DNA from: Octopus sinensis
Taxonomy: Eukaryota
DNA length: 64,000 nucleotides
NCBI RefSeq assembly: GCF_006345805.1
Contig: NC_042999.1
Span: 85,002,001 to 85,066,000 of the forward strand
Reading direction: 5' to 3'
Shown: positions 1 to 11,230 of the stretch, piece after piece
Numbering within the stretch: position 1 is the stretch's first letter
Layout: every line of letters starts with the position of its first letter
Program-made: the position numbers and the translations under genes
The notes under the pieces: model-generated
What the model was told of the DNA's origin: nothing
Database searches by the model: none
Seen by the model: the letters and a program-made list of their open reading frames with translations, nothing else

Positions 1-330
1 CCACCGATGTCTTTAGCAAAATATTTCATATATCTTTAAAGATTTGCTTTCCGAACAACCATTGAAGCTCTTCTCACAAAAGCAAAGGCTTGAGACAATA
101 CCTTCGACATTCACCTACACCATTCCATTATTACTCATCGTGGAATTGAACCTGATGAAACACTAAATCATGTCCATAGGTATCCTAACCGTTCCCAGAT
201 ATATTACAAAATGCCTTCCTCTGAACATCTTTCTTACACTTTTACAAATTAGCTAATTAACAGATTGTTCACAACATATCCTACAAATACATTTCAGCCT
301 TCATCAGAAAATAAAAATTTAGTACACAGA

Positions 331-760
331 GCAGGCGTGGCTGTGTAGTAAGAAGCTTGCTTCTCAACCACATGGTTCCGGGTTCAATCCCACTAGCGGA
401 ACCAAGGGCAGGTGCATTCTACCACAGACTCGGCCGACCAAAGCCTTGTGAGTGGATTTGATAGACGGGAACTGAAAGAAGCACGTCGTATATATATGTC
501 AGTGTGTGTGTGTGTATTTATGTGTGCCTTTGTGTCTGTGTTTTCCCCACCCCAACTCCGCCATTATCGCTTGACAACCGATGTTGGGATGTTTACGTCC
601 CCCTAACTTAGCTGTTTGGCAAAGGTGACCGATAGAATAAGTAGTAGGCTTACAAAGAATAAGTCCTATAGATTTCTTCGACTAAAACCCTTTTAGACGG
701 TACTCCAGCGTGGCTACAGTCAAATGACTGAAGAAATTAAAAGAATGAAAGAATAAAATA
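331..760 (+). mobile_element. tRNA-derived SINE, family A (internal TA/TG microsatellite)
   Basis: A-box-like GTGGCTGTGTAGT and B-box-like GGTTCAATCC; body and tail shared with copies at 5050, 22245, 55587 and 63600. Confidence 0.85.
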
Positions 761-1427
761 ACACAATTAATTTCTCTCTCGCTTCAATGAAATCAAAACC
801 AGGAAAAGAAATATAGCACGGTGCTCAACTCCATACAGTACCATAGACACTTATGAGAACAATAATTCCTGCAATCTTAGTATCATGGACAGTTGCCATA
901 ATGTTTTTGTTTTTTGTTAAGACCCCATTACTCAACTGTCATCCAGGAGCTATTCCAAACTGCATTTAAACATTTAAGTCGTATAAATTTTACAAGTCAC
1001 TCATCTTCACGCATCGCTAACAATGGCCTACATCTCTTTATGCGTGCAGATGTTAGCCAGTATGCTTAAGCATTTTTCTTTCTGTTATTTCAATCATAAA
1101 ATATTTAATGTTCTTAATTCATCACATAACTAATAACTTTTGACCTTCACCAATATTAACGGTGCCAAATCCATCAAGGTTAACTCCATGCAAATGTGCG
1201 TGAAAGCTTTGCTTAGTTTTCTTTTAACTTTAATTAGTTACCATTTTAACCAGCATCCTTCACATATCGTCTTTGCTTTATTCTAACTTGACATTCTGAA
1301 GATTATTAACAAAAGAATATGACCTTCAAATGAATGTGAATTATGTCAAATACAAAATATTTCCACCTTGTATACTTCATGCACAAACTTTCTACACACA
1401 CACGCATATATGCATACATATATACAA

Positions 1428-1458
<31 letters not shown>

Positions 1459-1499
1459 TATCCTCCGTCTTCCCATCCTTGGATCTTTTCTTTTTCTAT

Positions 1500-1534
1500 G
1501 TTTCTGATGAAGAGCTCCGCTCGAAGCGTTAAAT
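1500..1534 (+). ncRNA. Degenerate minimal type I hammerhead-like motif in a putative Penelope-like terminal repeat
   Basis: GTTT-CTGATGA-A-GAGC(TCC)GCTC-GAAG-CGTT-AAAT: core, 4-bp stem II and stem I present; A15.1 appears to be G. Lies between a CA-rich tract and (TA)n. Confidence 0.5.
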
Positions 1535-1635
1535 CCTCCTTCTTTCTTTCCTTTCCTGAGGGTCCAATAACACTATACATGTTCAACGTCCTCGAGTTGT
1601 GTTTTCCCTTTGTGCTTTCATGTTTGTATTAACTA

Positions 1636-1724
<89 letters not shown>

Positions 1725-1817
1725 GTTATTTTATTCCACGCGGGTAGAAATATAGGAGAAATAGAAGTTGAAAATGCACCAAGAATAGTTTTAAAATGTT
1801 TATTGATATATTTAAAG

Positions 1818-1858
1818 GTTTAACTGGTTTCACACAGGTTGCACTGATTTTCAAAAAC
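1818..1858 (-). ncRNA. Hammerhead-like motif, U3-A8 core variant
   Basis: Minus strand GTTT-TTGAAAA-TCAGTGCAACCTGTGT-GAAAC-CA-GTT-AAAC: 4-bp stem I, GAAAC, GUU triplet; stem II imperfect. Confidence 0.4.
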
Positions 1859-2231
1859 GTTCAGATAGAAAGATGTGGTTTATGTAGCAGCTGTCTTGCT
1901 TCTGAATAGTGTTTGGAGTTCATGGCTCAAATAATTATATGTTTTGAACAGGATTTGATTGGTAGAGGATAGTCACATGACTCACAGACACACACTCACA
2001 CCATTCTGACCCCTAAGACCAGTCTCCAAAACCACTGAACCATGACAGACTAACGCGAAACAAAAAATCCTTTTGGTTCCACACTGCTCTTTTGACCCAA
2101 TTAACCTCCCACACTATCCCTTAAAATAGCAAACATACCTTAGCTACACACAAAACAGAAAATGTCAGACAGGTCAGTTATTCCTCTCCATTTTTTTTTG
2201 TATATTCTTAAATATATCTCCTGTATATATA

Positions 2232-2283
<52 letters not shown>

Positions 2284-2462
2284 TACCACACAAACATGAT
2301 TTTTATTGAACTCAAAATACTAATTGCATTCCCTTTCTTGAAACTTTCATGTAAACTGTTTTTAACATTTTCTTATCATTATCAGACTGTATAACTGTAT
2401 TTTAATACTTTTGTGATAACCTTTTTTTAACACAGCAAAGCTTATACACTGCTTTACATTTT

Positions 2463-2504
2463 GCTTTTGATAATCTTTTTCTAAAAACGTGAAACCGGTC
2501 AAGT
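2463..2504 (+). ncRNA. Hammerhead-like motif, U3-A8 core variant with palindromic helix III
   Basis: GCTT-TTGATAA-TCTTTTTCTAAAAACGT-GAAAC-CG-GTC-AAGT, followed by AATAAA (2506-2511); ACCGGT palindrome and GUC triplet. Confidence 0.5.
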
Positions 2505-3169
2505 CAATAAACAGGTCTAAAAGACCTTTGCATTTTCAAACCTTCTTTCATATATACATATATACATATGTGTGTGTGTGTGTGTGTGTGTGTTTGTACG
2601 TGTATGTGTGTGTATATGTATGTATATATACTTTTATTAAAGCTGTAGAATCTCCACAAAACTGTTTACGCGTAAATCAGCCGTTTCAGGCATCATTTAA
2701 ACATTTATCAGGAACAAAGACATGATTCTTAATGAGCTCCTTTGAAATTCCTATTCGGTACTGAAACACACTGGCAATTAGTCGCTCGCGCGCGCGCACA
2801 CGCACGTACATACATACACACAAACCCACACATATACATACATATATATATATATACACACACACATACACACATATATATATATATATATATATTCAAA
2901 TTCAAATGCAAAATGGCTAGCGACTAACATCACGCTTGAACCTCAAGAGTGCCGACGAATTTGAATCACACTGTTTTGATCCATACATGTAACGCCTAGT
3001 AAATTTGTTGAGTGCCGTCTTTCGTATGTGTGTGTGTGTTTCTGTGTGTCTGTGTGTGTGTGTGTGTGAGTCTGTGTGTGTGTGTGAGTGTGTGTGTGCG
3101 TATGTATGTGTGTGTAAAATTCATATAGATACATATATCATCTCAGATATATATAGAAGTAACGTTTGC

Positions 3170-3407
3170 GCTGTTCCGTACGAACCGACATTTCTACCAT
3201 TTTTTAACACCAAGAGGATTTCTTCTCTAGCTGGTTATCGATGCAATCTGCACACGATATATATTGCAAGCAGGAGAGCGAATCCCCATCATCTTCCTAC
3301 CCTTCCCTCCTTGCAATATATATCGGGTGCAGATCGCATCAATAACCATTTAGAGGAGGCGTTCTTGGGCTAAAAAACGGCAGTAATATTGGTTCCTACG
3401 GAGCAGC
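3170..3407. repeat. Foldback inverted repeat (MITE-like), ~100-bp arms
   Basis: 3170-3270 is the reverse complement of 3310-3407; the inner 38 bp carry 3 mismatches, the outer part is more diverged. Confidence 0.8.
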
Positions 3408-3496
3408 CATGTTGAAGTGCCGACAAACATTACTCCTCGGTATAGTTACTACTTTCATCTCTTATAGTTATTTTCTAACTATCTACTTTGCTTTTA

Positions 3497-3532
<36 letters not shown>

Positions 3533-3999
3533 CATTTCGGAAAATGAATTTTAAAATAGTTTATATTGATGTAAATTAGTCACGATATTTGAAAACTCAA
3601 AACATGGGACATTTCAATAACATTATTTCATGATACTTGTGAGACCGTAAATAGTTAAATTAAATATTTGATAAGAATATAGTAATAGTTTCAACTAAAA
3701 TCGCCACTCAAAAAATTATCGATTTATTACACTGAACTATTTGAGATAAAATTGGAAAGAACTACACACTACCATTAAACGAAAAAGTTAAAATCGATCC
3801 GATTAATAGAATCGGTCATCAGAGAATTTTCAAATGAATCCGAATCCCTTTTAATTGATATGCAGCCATTAACTGTCCTTGAATTAATCTATATATGATA
3901 TTATATAACTTTCCAAAAAGATATGGTGTTCAAGATTGTTCACTAAAATCCCAATGTTATAAATTTGAACCGATCAAATATCTTTTACTTTTTTTCAGC

Positions 4000-4190
4000 C
4001 AGTTGACTGCAACCATACTGGGATACCACCTTGAAGGCTTTTAGTCAAACAACTTGACTCCAGACTACTTTTTAAACCTAAGACTTATATTATCGGTCTT
4101 TTACCGAACCGATAAGTTTCGGTGACGTAAACAAACGAATGCCTGTTTTCAAGTGGTGGTATGGAATAACACAAATACACACATACATAC
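4000..4190 (-). mobile_element. SINE family A, 3' half
   Basis: Reverse complement matches the tail GTTTACGTC...CGGTTCGG...GACCGATA of the 331-760 copy. Confidence 0.65.
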
Positions 4191-4228
4191 ATACATACAT
4201 ACATACATACATAATACATACATGCGTA

Positions 4229-4308
<80 letters not shown>

Positions 4309-4763
4309 CATGTATATATATATATATATATACATATTAGAGGGAAACCACTATGTGGACACCCTTATGCTAGAAATAGATCCGCTATGGTCTTACCACA
4401 AAGAAATGTTCTCAAGAAAAATTTAGCAAAGCAACAAAAACGTAATCGAGCAAGAGAAAAGAAAAAGCAATAAAAATATGGATTATTCGCATATATGATT
4501 CACTATTAACATATTACGTAATTTTACTTACATAAATGTCCGTAGATCATCGGTGCGACCGTCCAGATGAATGTAATTTGCGGGACTGCATACTAGGACG
4601 TCCGCACAAAGTCAGATCTGTAAACAGTTCTACCCATTACTCTCGTGGTTGCTATGTCCTCGTTTTAGCGCGCTAAATTACCGGAGAAACTGATGCTGCA
4701 GATAATACTTTACTGCAGTGTCCTTTGCCGGTTAGAGAACATATTAATTTAAATTTAAATTTA

Positions 4764-4822
4764 AAATGAGGGTGAGAAATTAGATATTAATTTAATTAAT
4801 ATCTAATTTCTCACCCTCATTT
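4764..4822. repeat. Near-perfect palindrome abutting (TA)n
   Basis: AAATGAGGGTGAGAAATTAGATATTAATT / AATTAATATCTAATTTCTCACCCTCATTT: 29-bp arms with a 1-nt centre. Confidence 0.9.
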
Positions 4823-4835
4823 AAAATTTATATTT

Positions 4836-4923
<88 letters not shown>

Positions 4924-4924
4924 A

Positions 4925-4961
<37 letters not shown>

Positions 4962-4981
4962 AACATATATATATGTGTGTG

Positions 4982-5049
<68 letters not shown>

Positions 5050-5050
<1 letters not shown>

Positions 5051-5095
5051 GTAGTCATGGAGTCAAACCAGTCATATCTTTAAAACAACACCAGA

Positions 5096-5126
<31 letters not shown>

Positions 5127-5139
5127 TGTGTGCGTGTGT

Positions 5140-5179
<40 letters not shown>

Positions 5180-5390
5180 ATCCATATACGTATGTAATAT
5201 GCATGTATACGACGGGCTGCGTTCTATTCTATCTACCAAATCTACTGATAAGTCTTGGTTCCTCCCGGGAACTGTAGTAGAAGACACTTCCCCAAGATAC
5301 CACGTAGTAAGAGTGAGCCTGGGACCATATGATAGGAATGCAAATTTTTTTACAGCACAGCCACGCGTGCACTTTAAAATATATAGAAAG
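5050..5390 (-). mobile_element. SINE family A, diverged copy with internal (CA)n
   Basis: Minus strand reads GCGTGGCTGTG...CTTGGGAAGTGTCTTCTACTA...GATTTGGTAGA...GCCCGTCGTATA, as in the other copies. Confidence 0.7.
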
Positions 5391-5970
5391 CTTCACGAAT
5401 TTACATGTCCAAATCAAAGATACATTTCCTAAATTAAATTAGGTCCTGAGTAGGTTACAACTCCATAATAGATATCTGTTACTTACAAAATTAAACCAGT
5501 CGTATTAAGGCCAAAATTAAGCAGTATAAGAAGGATATGTGACAATTGAAGGGAAGCATCTAAACTATTAGCGATATGTAATAAAACTTAGCTATCTCTC
5601 GAACAACGAGAAATATACACTATTTTCTATAATATCTATTGTCTCTTCAGAAAATGAACATATCACATATGAGTAAACAATTATAGCACACCTCGAACAA
5701 AAAATTATCTTTGCGAAAGTAAATAATACCTTTACACAAGGTTAAGTCCGTTAGCTATAATTATTGGGTCCGCGTGTACTTTCATATTAATCTCGACAGA
5801 AAATTTTACATAAGTTCTGGAAATATTGAGCGGTAGATGGCCCTCTCCCTCTCTCTCACTCTCTGTTTCTCTCACTCTCTCTTTCTGAATGTATATATAT
5901 ATATATATTAACGAGAAATATTTCACGGCGCTGGAGGTTTTATATTTTTTTTATTTTCATATACGCATAT

Positions 5971-6006
<36 letters not shown>

Positions 6007-6550
6007 CCCCTTGTGTGTAGTAGCTTGTAATATATATATATATAATAATATAAAATGGTTATTATTCAAAATGGAAAAAAAAGAGAAAAAAATCAAGAAT
6101 ATCTGTAGTAAACATATATATACCAACAAACCCACCACTAAGGAGTAATTGGTTTTTATAGCAATGAGTGCAAAATGCATTTTCGTTACTGCTGAGTCTG
6201 ACATTGTAGAATTTGTAACATCTTACAGCAATGACTAAAGACGATGCTTTCGTGGACTTAGGTGGAAACATGAAAAAGTTGCTGTCAAAGGCAGACATAT
6301 CTCTCTCCCTCTACCCGTCTCTTTCTCTCGCTGCATATATATATATATAACTTTTTTTTAATCTTCTGTCTCATTCTCTCTTCACCACAACTGCCTATGC
6401 TAAAATGTACCTAGAAAATAATTTTACAAAACGTTTTATATTGCATAGTAATACAACTAACTCCTGTACCTAGTAATACTTTGTACACAACACATTCAAC
6501 CATAAGAGAGACCCACGCATATAAAGAGTATCTCAGCCAGAGTAGTCATC

Positions 6551-6593
6551 GTCTGACAGAGCTGATGACCAGTCAAACTTCGAAGTCACTGTC
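6551..6593 (+). ncRNA. Degenerate hammerhead-like motif related to 29549-29595
   Basis: Shares AAACTTCGAAGTCACTGT (6575-6592) exactly with the 29.5-kb motif; core CTGACAGA has an insertion and G12 is missing. Confidence 0.45.
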
Positions 6594-6705
6594 ACAAGGC
6601 TTTCTTGTAAAATAAAACACTATATTCTGTGTTTATATATTGAGTTCTTCCTCAGTTAATGTCCGATTGTCTTTACATAAATTTATGCAAAAAGGACACA
6701 CATCA

Positions 6706-6737
<32 letters not shown>

Positions 6738-6763
6738 ACGTGTGCATGTATCCATATATATAC

Positions 6764-6795
<32 letters not shown>

Positions 6796-8239
6796 TATGT
6801 ATGTATGTATACACACACGTCTATATATATGTGTGTGTGTATGTGCGTCTGATGTTTGTGATTTATTTCATTCATCTCTATGGTCTAGTGATTGGTTCAC
6901 ATCGATGGCAATCTTGTATTTTTGCACAAAAGTTTTCCAACCGCGATAAAAACAACGAAACACATAATTGAAACACAGAAGATAATTATTCTACGAGATG
7001 AATATGACTGATAGGAAAAAGAACATTCATAAATCCATTTTTTTTTTCTCTATAGAAATTTTCATTAAATAACAACTTTATAGCCTGCCTATTTTGTCAT
7101 GAACGTGGCTGTAAACTAACTCCATAATAATGTAATGTCATGACATTGTTCCGAAATGCAAGTTTATCTAATCGACTAGAACTTACTGAAATAATTTGGT
7201 TTCTGCTTATTCCTTATTCCATACGATATTGAGTAAATTTTTGTTTTTGGTTTATTTGTACATGGGGTTCATGTCGGTGTGGTGTAAGTTACTTTCATGA
7301 CTGATCATGTGACAGCTTTCTTTATATAACAGCCATCAAACAATAGCAATAAAGATACTGAATTGCGAGTATGTATTTCCGTATATGCGTTTGTGTGTAT
7401 ACCTTTGTTGATGGATGTGCATACATATAACATGTTATGACATCACATGATTTTGCACCTGGTTACGAGAATATATGAGGAGATACTATTAAATTATAAT
7501 GTCAACCTAAAATTGAATAAATATATATTGGTATTTCATAAATTTTCGTTCTTGTCTAAGATACTTCGTTTTAAACGTAATAAATTGGTTTACTTGGAGA
7601 AAGAGGAAAAGTTTAATGTTTCGCTTTTATCCTTCGTCGGGGATAAATGTTTTCTTATGTACCGAACATATATAATAGATGCAGTGAGGATAACAAAACG
7701 ATGGGAGAGAATAATGAACTATAAGAGTGAGGAAAGAGAAAATATCAAAGAATAAGTGAGAACAAAAAATACATGAGATGGAAGAGAAATAGAAAGAGGC
7801 AACATAACGGAAAACGCTAGCAATTGCTAGAGAAAAAAGAAGTGGGTAAATATCAGAAGATGATAGGGATATGATTATTAATAAGCATACTAACAAACTG
7901 TGAAGCATAGTGATAAATTTGGGTTGCAAGGATTGGAGAATGTAAAGTCAAGAGAGGAAAAGTAAATTACCTCGAAACTGTTCAGTTATTTCCCGTTGAC
8001 AGATCTCTGCTTCCTGTAATCCTAGCCTTTTAGGTTGTCTTCTAATTTGGACGGTCAAAAATGAGCTGTAGTCTTAGTAATGGCTAGCACGACTAAATTG
8101 TAATTTTAGTATATCATTACTATACATCTAATAATCTGACCTGCCGATGTTTGTTATTGCAGATTGAAGGATACGATTGTAACAGCACTATGAACACACC
8201 CAGATAAACACTACTTACCACAGCTGACTATTTTGAAAA

Positions 8240-9016
8240 ATGCAGTCGGAACGTGAAGAGATTTTAGAAGCTCGCTATGCAATGGTTTTGTGTTAAACTG
8301 GGCAAAAATGCTACAGAAGCATATGAAACGTTCTAGAATACTAATGGATTAACTTGTATAAGCCGAGCATGTTTTTCACTGGCACAGGAGGTTCAAGGAT
8401 GGTACAGAAGAGATGAGAGATGATGAGAAGTGCGGGAGGAAGAGGGAGATCAGAACATCAGAGCTGACTAAGAAAATTCGCACTTTTCTGAATGAAGACA
8501 ATGAGCATACAGTCTGGAGTTGATTGGAAGCTTTACACAGAATTACTCATGAAGATCTAACATGCGCAGAATTTGTGCGAAGTTTATTTCTAGGGTGTTC
8601 AGTGACGACCAGAATGAAAACTGCGTTGGCGACAGTAAGCGGATGGTTGAGCTCATTTCCTCTAATCCAAGAGTAATTGAGTTTCTGGAGACCTGTGATG
8701 AAAGATGGATCTACTGTCAGAGTGCCCAATGGAAACATTCTGGCTCACCCATACCTAACAAGTTCAGGTAAAGCAAGTCCATCGTGAAGCTCATGATGAG
8801 TTTCCTAACGGACAGCAAGGGCATAATTTACATCCACTCAGTAGCCTCTGGCCAGACGATCATCAAAGATTTGTGGAGGTTTTGAGAAAATTGATGGAGA
8901 GATTTCGTCACAAAAGGCCGGAAATCTTCTGCTCGAGCCGGTGGCTCCTGCACCAGGGCAATACATCAGTCCACGATTCTTTCCTGGTATCCAACTACTT
9001 GAAAAAAATGAGCATA
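8240..9016 (+). pseudogene. Decayed Tc1/mariner (mariner-type) transposase
   Basis: Across frameshifts: FCVKLGKNATE-like N-terminus, EDLxMRRICAKFIS/PRV, TCDERWIY (first catalytic Asp), QSAQWKHSGSPIPNKFR, HKRPE, WLLHQGN (second Asp region). Many stops and indels. Confidence 0.9.
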
Positions 9017-9159
9017 TAGGAGGGGGATCAAAAATGGCACTCATGTGGCTCTCTTCACGGAGAGTTTGTCATTAGGGTGCTTCCTGGTAGGAACTCCATA
9101 ATGACCCTATATGGATAGGATGGCTTCCTCTGTGAGCTTACCCGCACCTCCAATATCTG

Positions 9160-9345
9160 AACCGGGCGACGCGTTGTGTTATTGAGCAAAACACTTCATT
9201 TCACGTTGCTCCAGTCCACTCAGCTGGCAAAAATGAGTAACGCTGCGATGGACTGGCGTCCCGTCCAGCTGGGGAACACATACGCCATAGAAACCGGGAA
9301 TACGGGCCCATGAGCCTGGCTAGGCCTTAAAAGGGCACATTTATA
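9160..9345 (+). mobile_element. SINE family C (5'-degenerate)
   Basis: Body TTGAGCAAAACACTTCATTTCACGTTGCTCCAGTCCACTCAGCTG shared with 29147-29470; tail shared with ~32915-33000. Confidence 0.75.
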
Positions 9346-9589
9346 TTTATGTTTTTATTTTGTCAGACTACGAAAATATATAGCAGAATAGGAGCTATTT
9401 TCGCACTAAAATTCAACCATTTGTGAAAGAGTCTTAGGAGTTCCTGTTGGACGTGGTTAAAGACGAAGACTTTGTTTACCTTTTGATGAAGAAATCTCAA
9501 AATCGAAAATTTTGTCCCGAATCACGAAATCTAAGGTATTAGTCTTGCCTTAAAAGTATTTTAACACTATTTACAGATTAAAATGTTTT

Positions 9590-9790
9590 GGGGATTGCAT
9601 AGAGGATATTTTTACGTAAGACATGAGCAGTTCCCATGAGCACTATTTTTTTGAATTTCTTCCATTTTGGGATTTCCTAGTATCTGAGCTAGGTAGCAGT
9701 CAACCCCTTTTGCTATGGTTCCAAGGGCACTTATTAAACGAGTATTACTTTAGTCTTGAGGTTCCAAATTTTGCCAATTTCTTTTTATGC
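9590..9790 (-). mobile_element. R4/Dong-like non-LTR retrotransposon, 3' ORF fragment
   Basis: Clear nucleotide similarity to 15620-15840 (IQKIVLMGTAHILRKILSM region). Confidence 0.8.
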
Positions 9791-10017
9791 ACTTTATCAA
9801 CTCTTCTTTATTTAATGTAATTTTTCAACCCTTCTTTATTTACTGTCTTTGGTAGTTTTTCTGTGCTATCCAGTATATACTTTAAAAGTATTTCTCTTTC
9901 CATCTGTACAAGATGACGGGCAAAATACTGCAAATAAATATTAGTTGAGTATTGTGGTCCATCTAACTGACATACTCCCTACCTGAAATTGCTGGCCTTG
10001 CGCCAAAATTTGAAATC

Positions 10018-10080
<63 letters not shown>

Positions 10081-10098
10081 TGTTGTTGTTGTTGTAGT

Positions 10099-10290
10099 AA
10101 GGGGGTGAGCTGGCAGAATCGCTAGTGCGCCGGACAAAATAATTAGTCGCCCGTCTTCGCGTTCTGAGTTCAAATTCATTTCCTCTTTTCGGGATCGATA
10201 AAATAAGTACCAGTTAAGCACTGAGTCGATGTAATCAATTTACACACCTAACCCGGAATTGCTGGCCGTGTTACAAAATTCGAAACCATT
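10099..10290 (+). mobile_element. tRNA-derived SINE, family B
   Basis: GAGCTGGCAGAATCG head, GTTCTGAGTTCAAATTC B-box region, GTCGAT...AAGTACCAGT body. Confidence 0.8.
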
Positions 10291-11029
10291 ATGAATAGTT
10301 TTTTGTGTGTTTGTTTAATAAATGCTTATGTGGAGAAAGTGAGAATTTCCATTCCATTCGTACTGATAGATAAGGAAGTTTCAGGTAAAAATAAGATTAG
10401 TCTTAGGAAGGTGAGTCATATGTACAATGTACATATGATGACGCCATATGAAAATACTATAACGCAGGCTTTCCGAAATTCTATAAGGCTGAGAAACGAA
10501 TGGTTATAAGGTTGTCGTTTTAGATGATGATGACGACGATGATGATGATAATGAATCAAGAGAAAAACGAAATAATTATAAAAAAATAAATTGAACAAAA
10601 TGGCTGCCCTATTAAAACCCGATTGTATTTCATTCATAGTGACAGCACTTGTCAGAGAATTGGCTAAAATAGCAAGCAAGCTGAACTGTTTAACTGTATT
10701 TTTTAAAGCTAACTGATTGCTAAGACAAAATTGATAATAGAATTAGTCAAGTCAATTTCTTTACTTTTTTATTTTCTTTTTAGCTAGTTTATTTAAAGTT
10801 GTTTTTCTCATGCAAATAAATATTTCTTGTAATTTTTCTCTTTCCTATATTTTACTTTTAATTTTTTTAAAGTGTAAATTGCGACAACTTTTGTTTCATT
10901 TAATCATTTTTTTATTTATTTCTAGAAAAATGCAATAATTCAATTCTTTTCTGTTCTTTTTCATTAACTTTTTTTGGCATTGTTTCCTTCAGAATTTTCC
11001 TTATTGTTTCATCGTCAGCATCATTATCG

Positions 11030-11230
11030 TTAATACCAGCATCACCACCATCATCATCACCACCATCAGCATCGCCACCATTAACATCACTACCATCAGC
11101 ATCATCACCATCAGCATCACCACCATCAGCATCGCCACCATTAACATCACTACCATCAGCATCATCACCATCAGCATCACCACCATCAGCATCACCATCA
11201 TCAGCATCACCACCATCAGCAGCATTATCA
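11030..11230. repeat. Compound CAT/CAC/CAG repeat with 15-bp units and a 60-bp higher-order period
   Basis: CACCATCAGCATCGCCACCATTAACATCACTACCATCAGC recurs at a 60-bp offset (11061, 11121). Confidence 0.85.

Noticed and set aside
2665-2715. Minus-strand CTGATAA...GAAACGGCTG hammerhead-like string
   Set aside because: C3-A8 mismatch, no clean stem II and no NUH in register.
6225-6285. CTAAAGA...GGAAACATG string
   Set aside because: Too many core deviations and no stem I.
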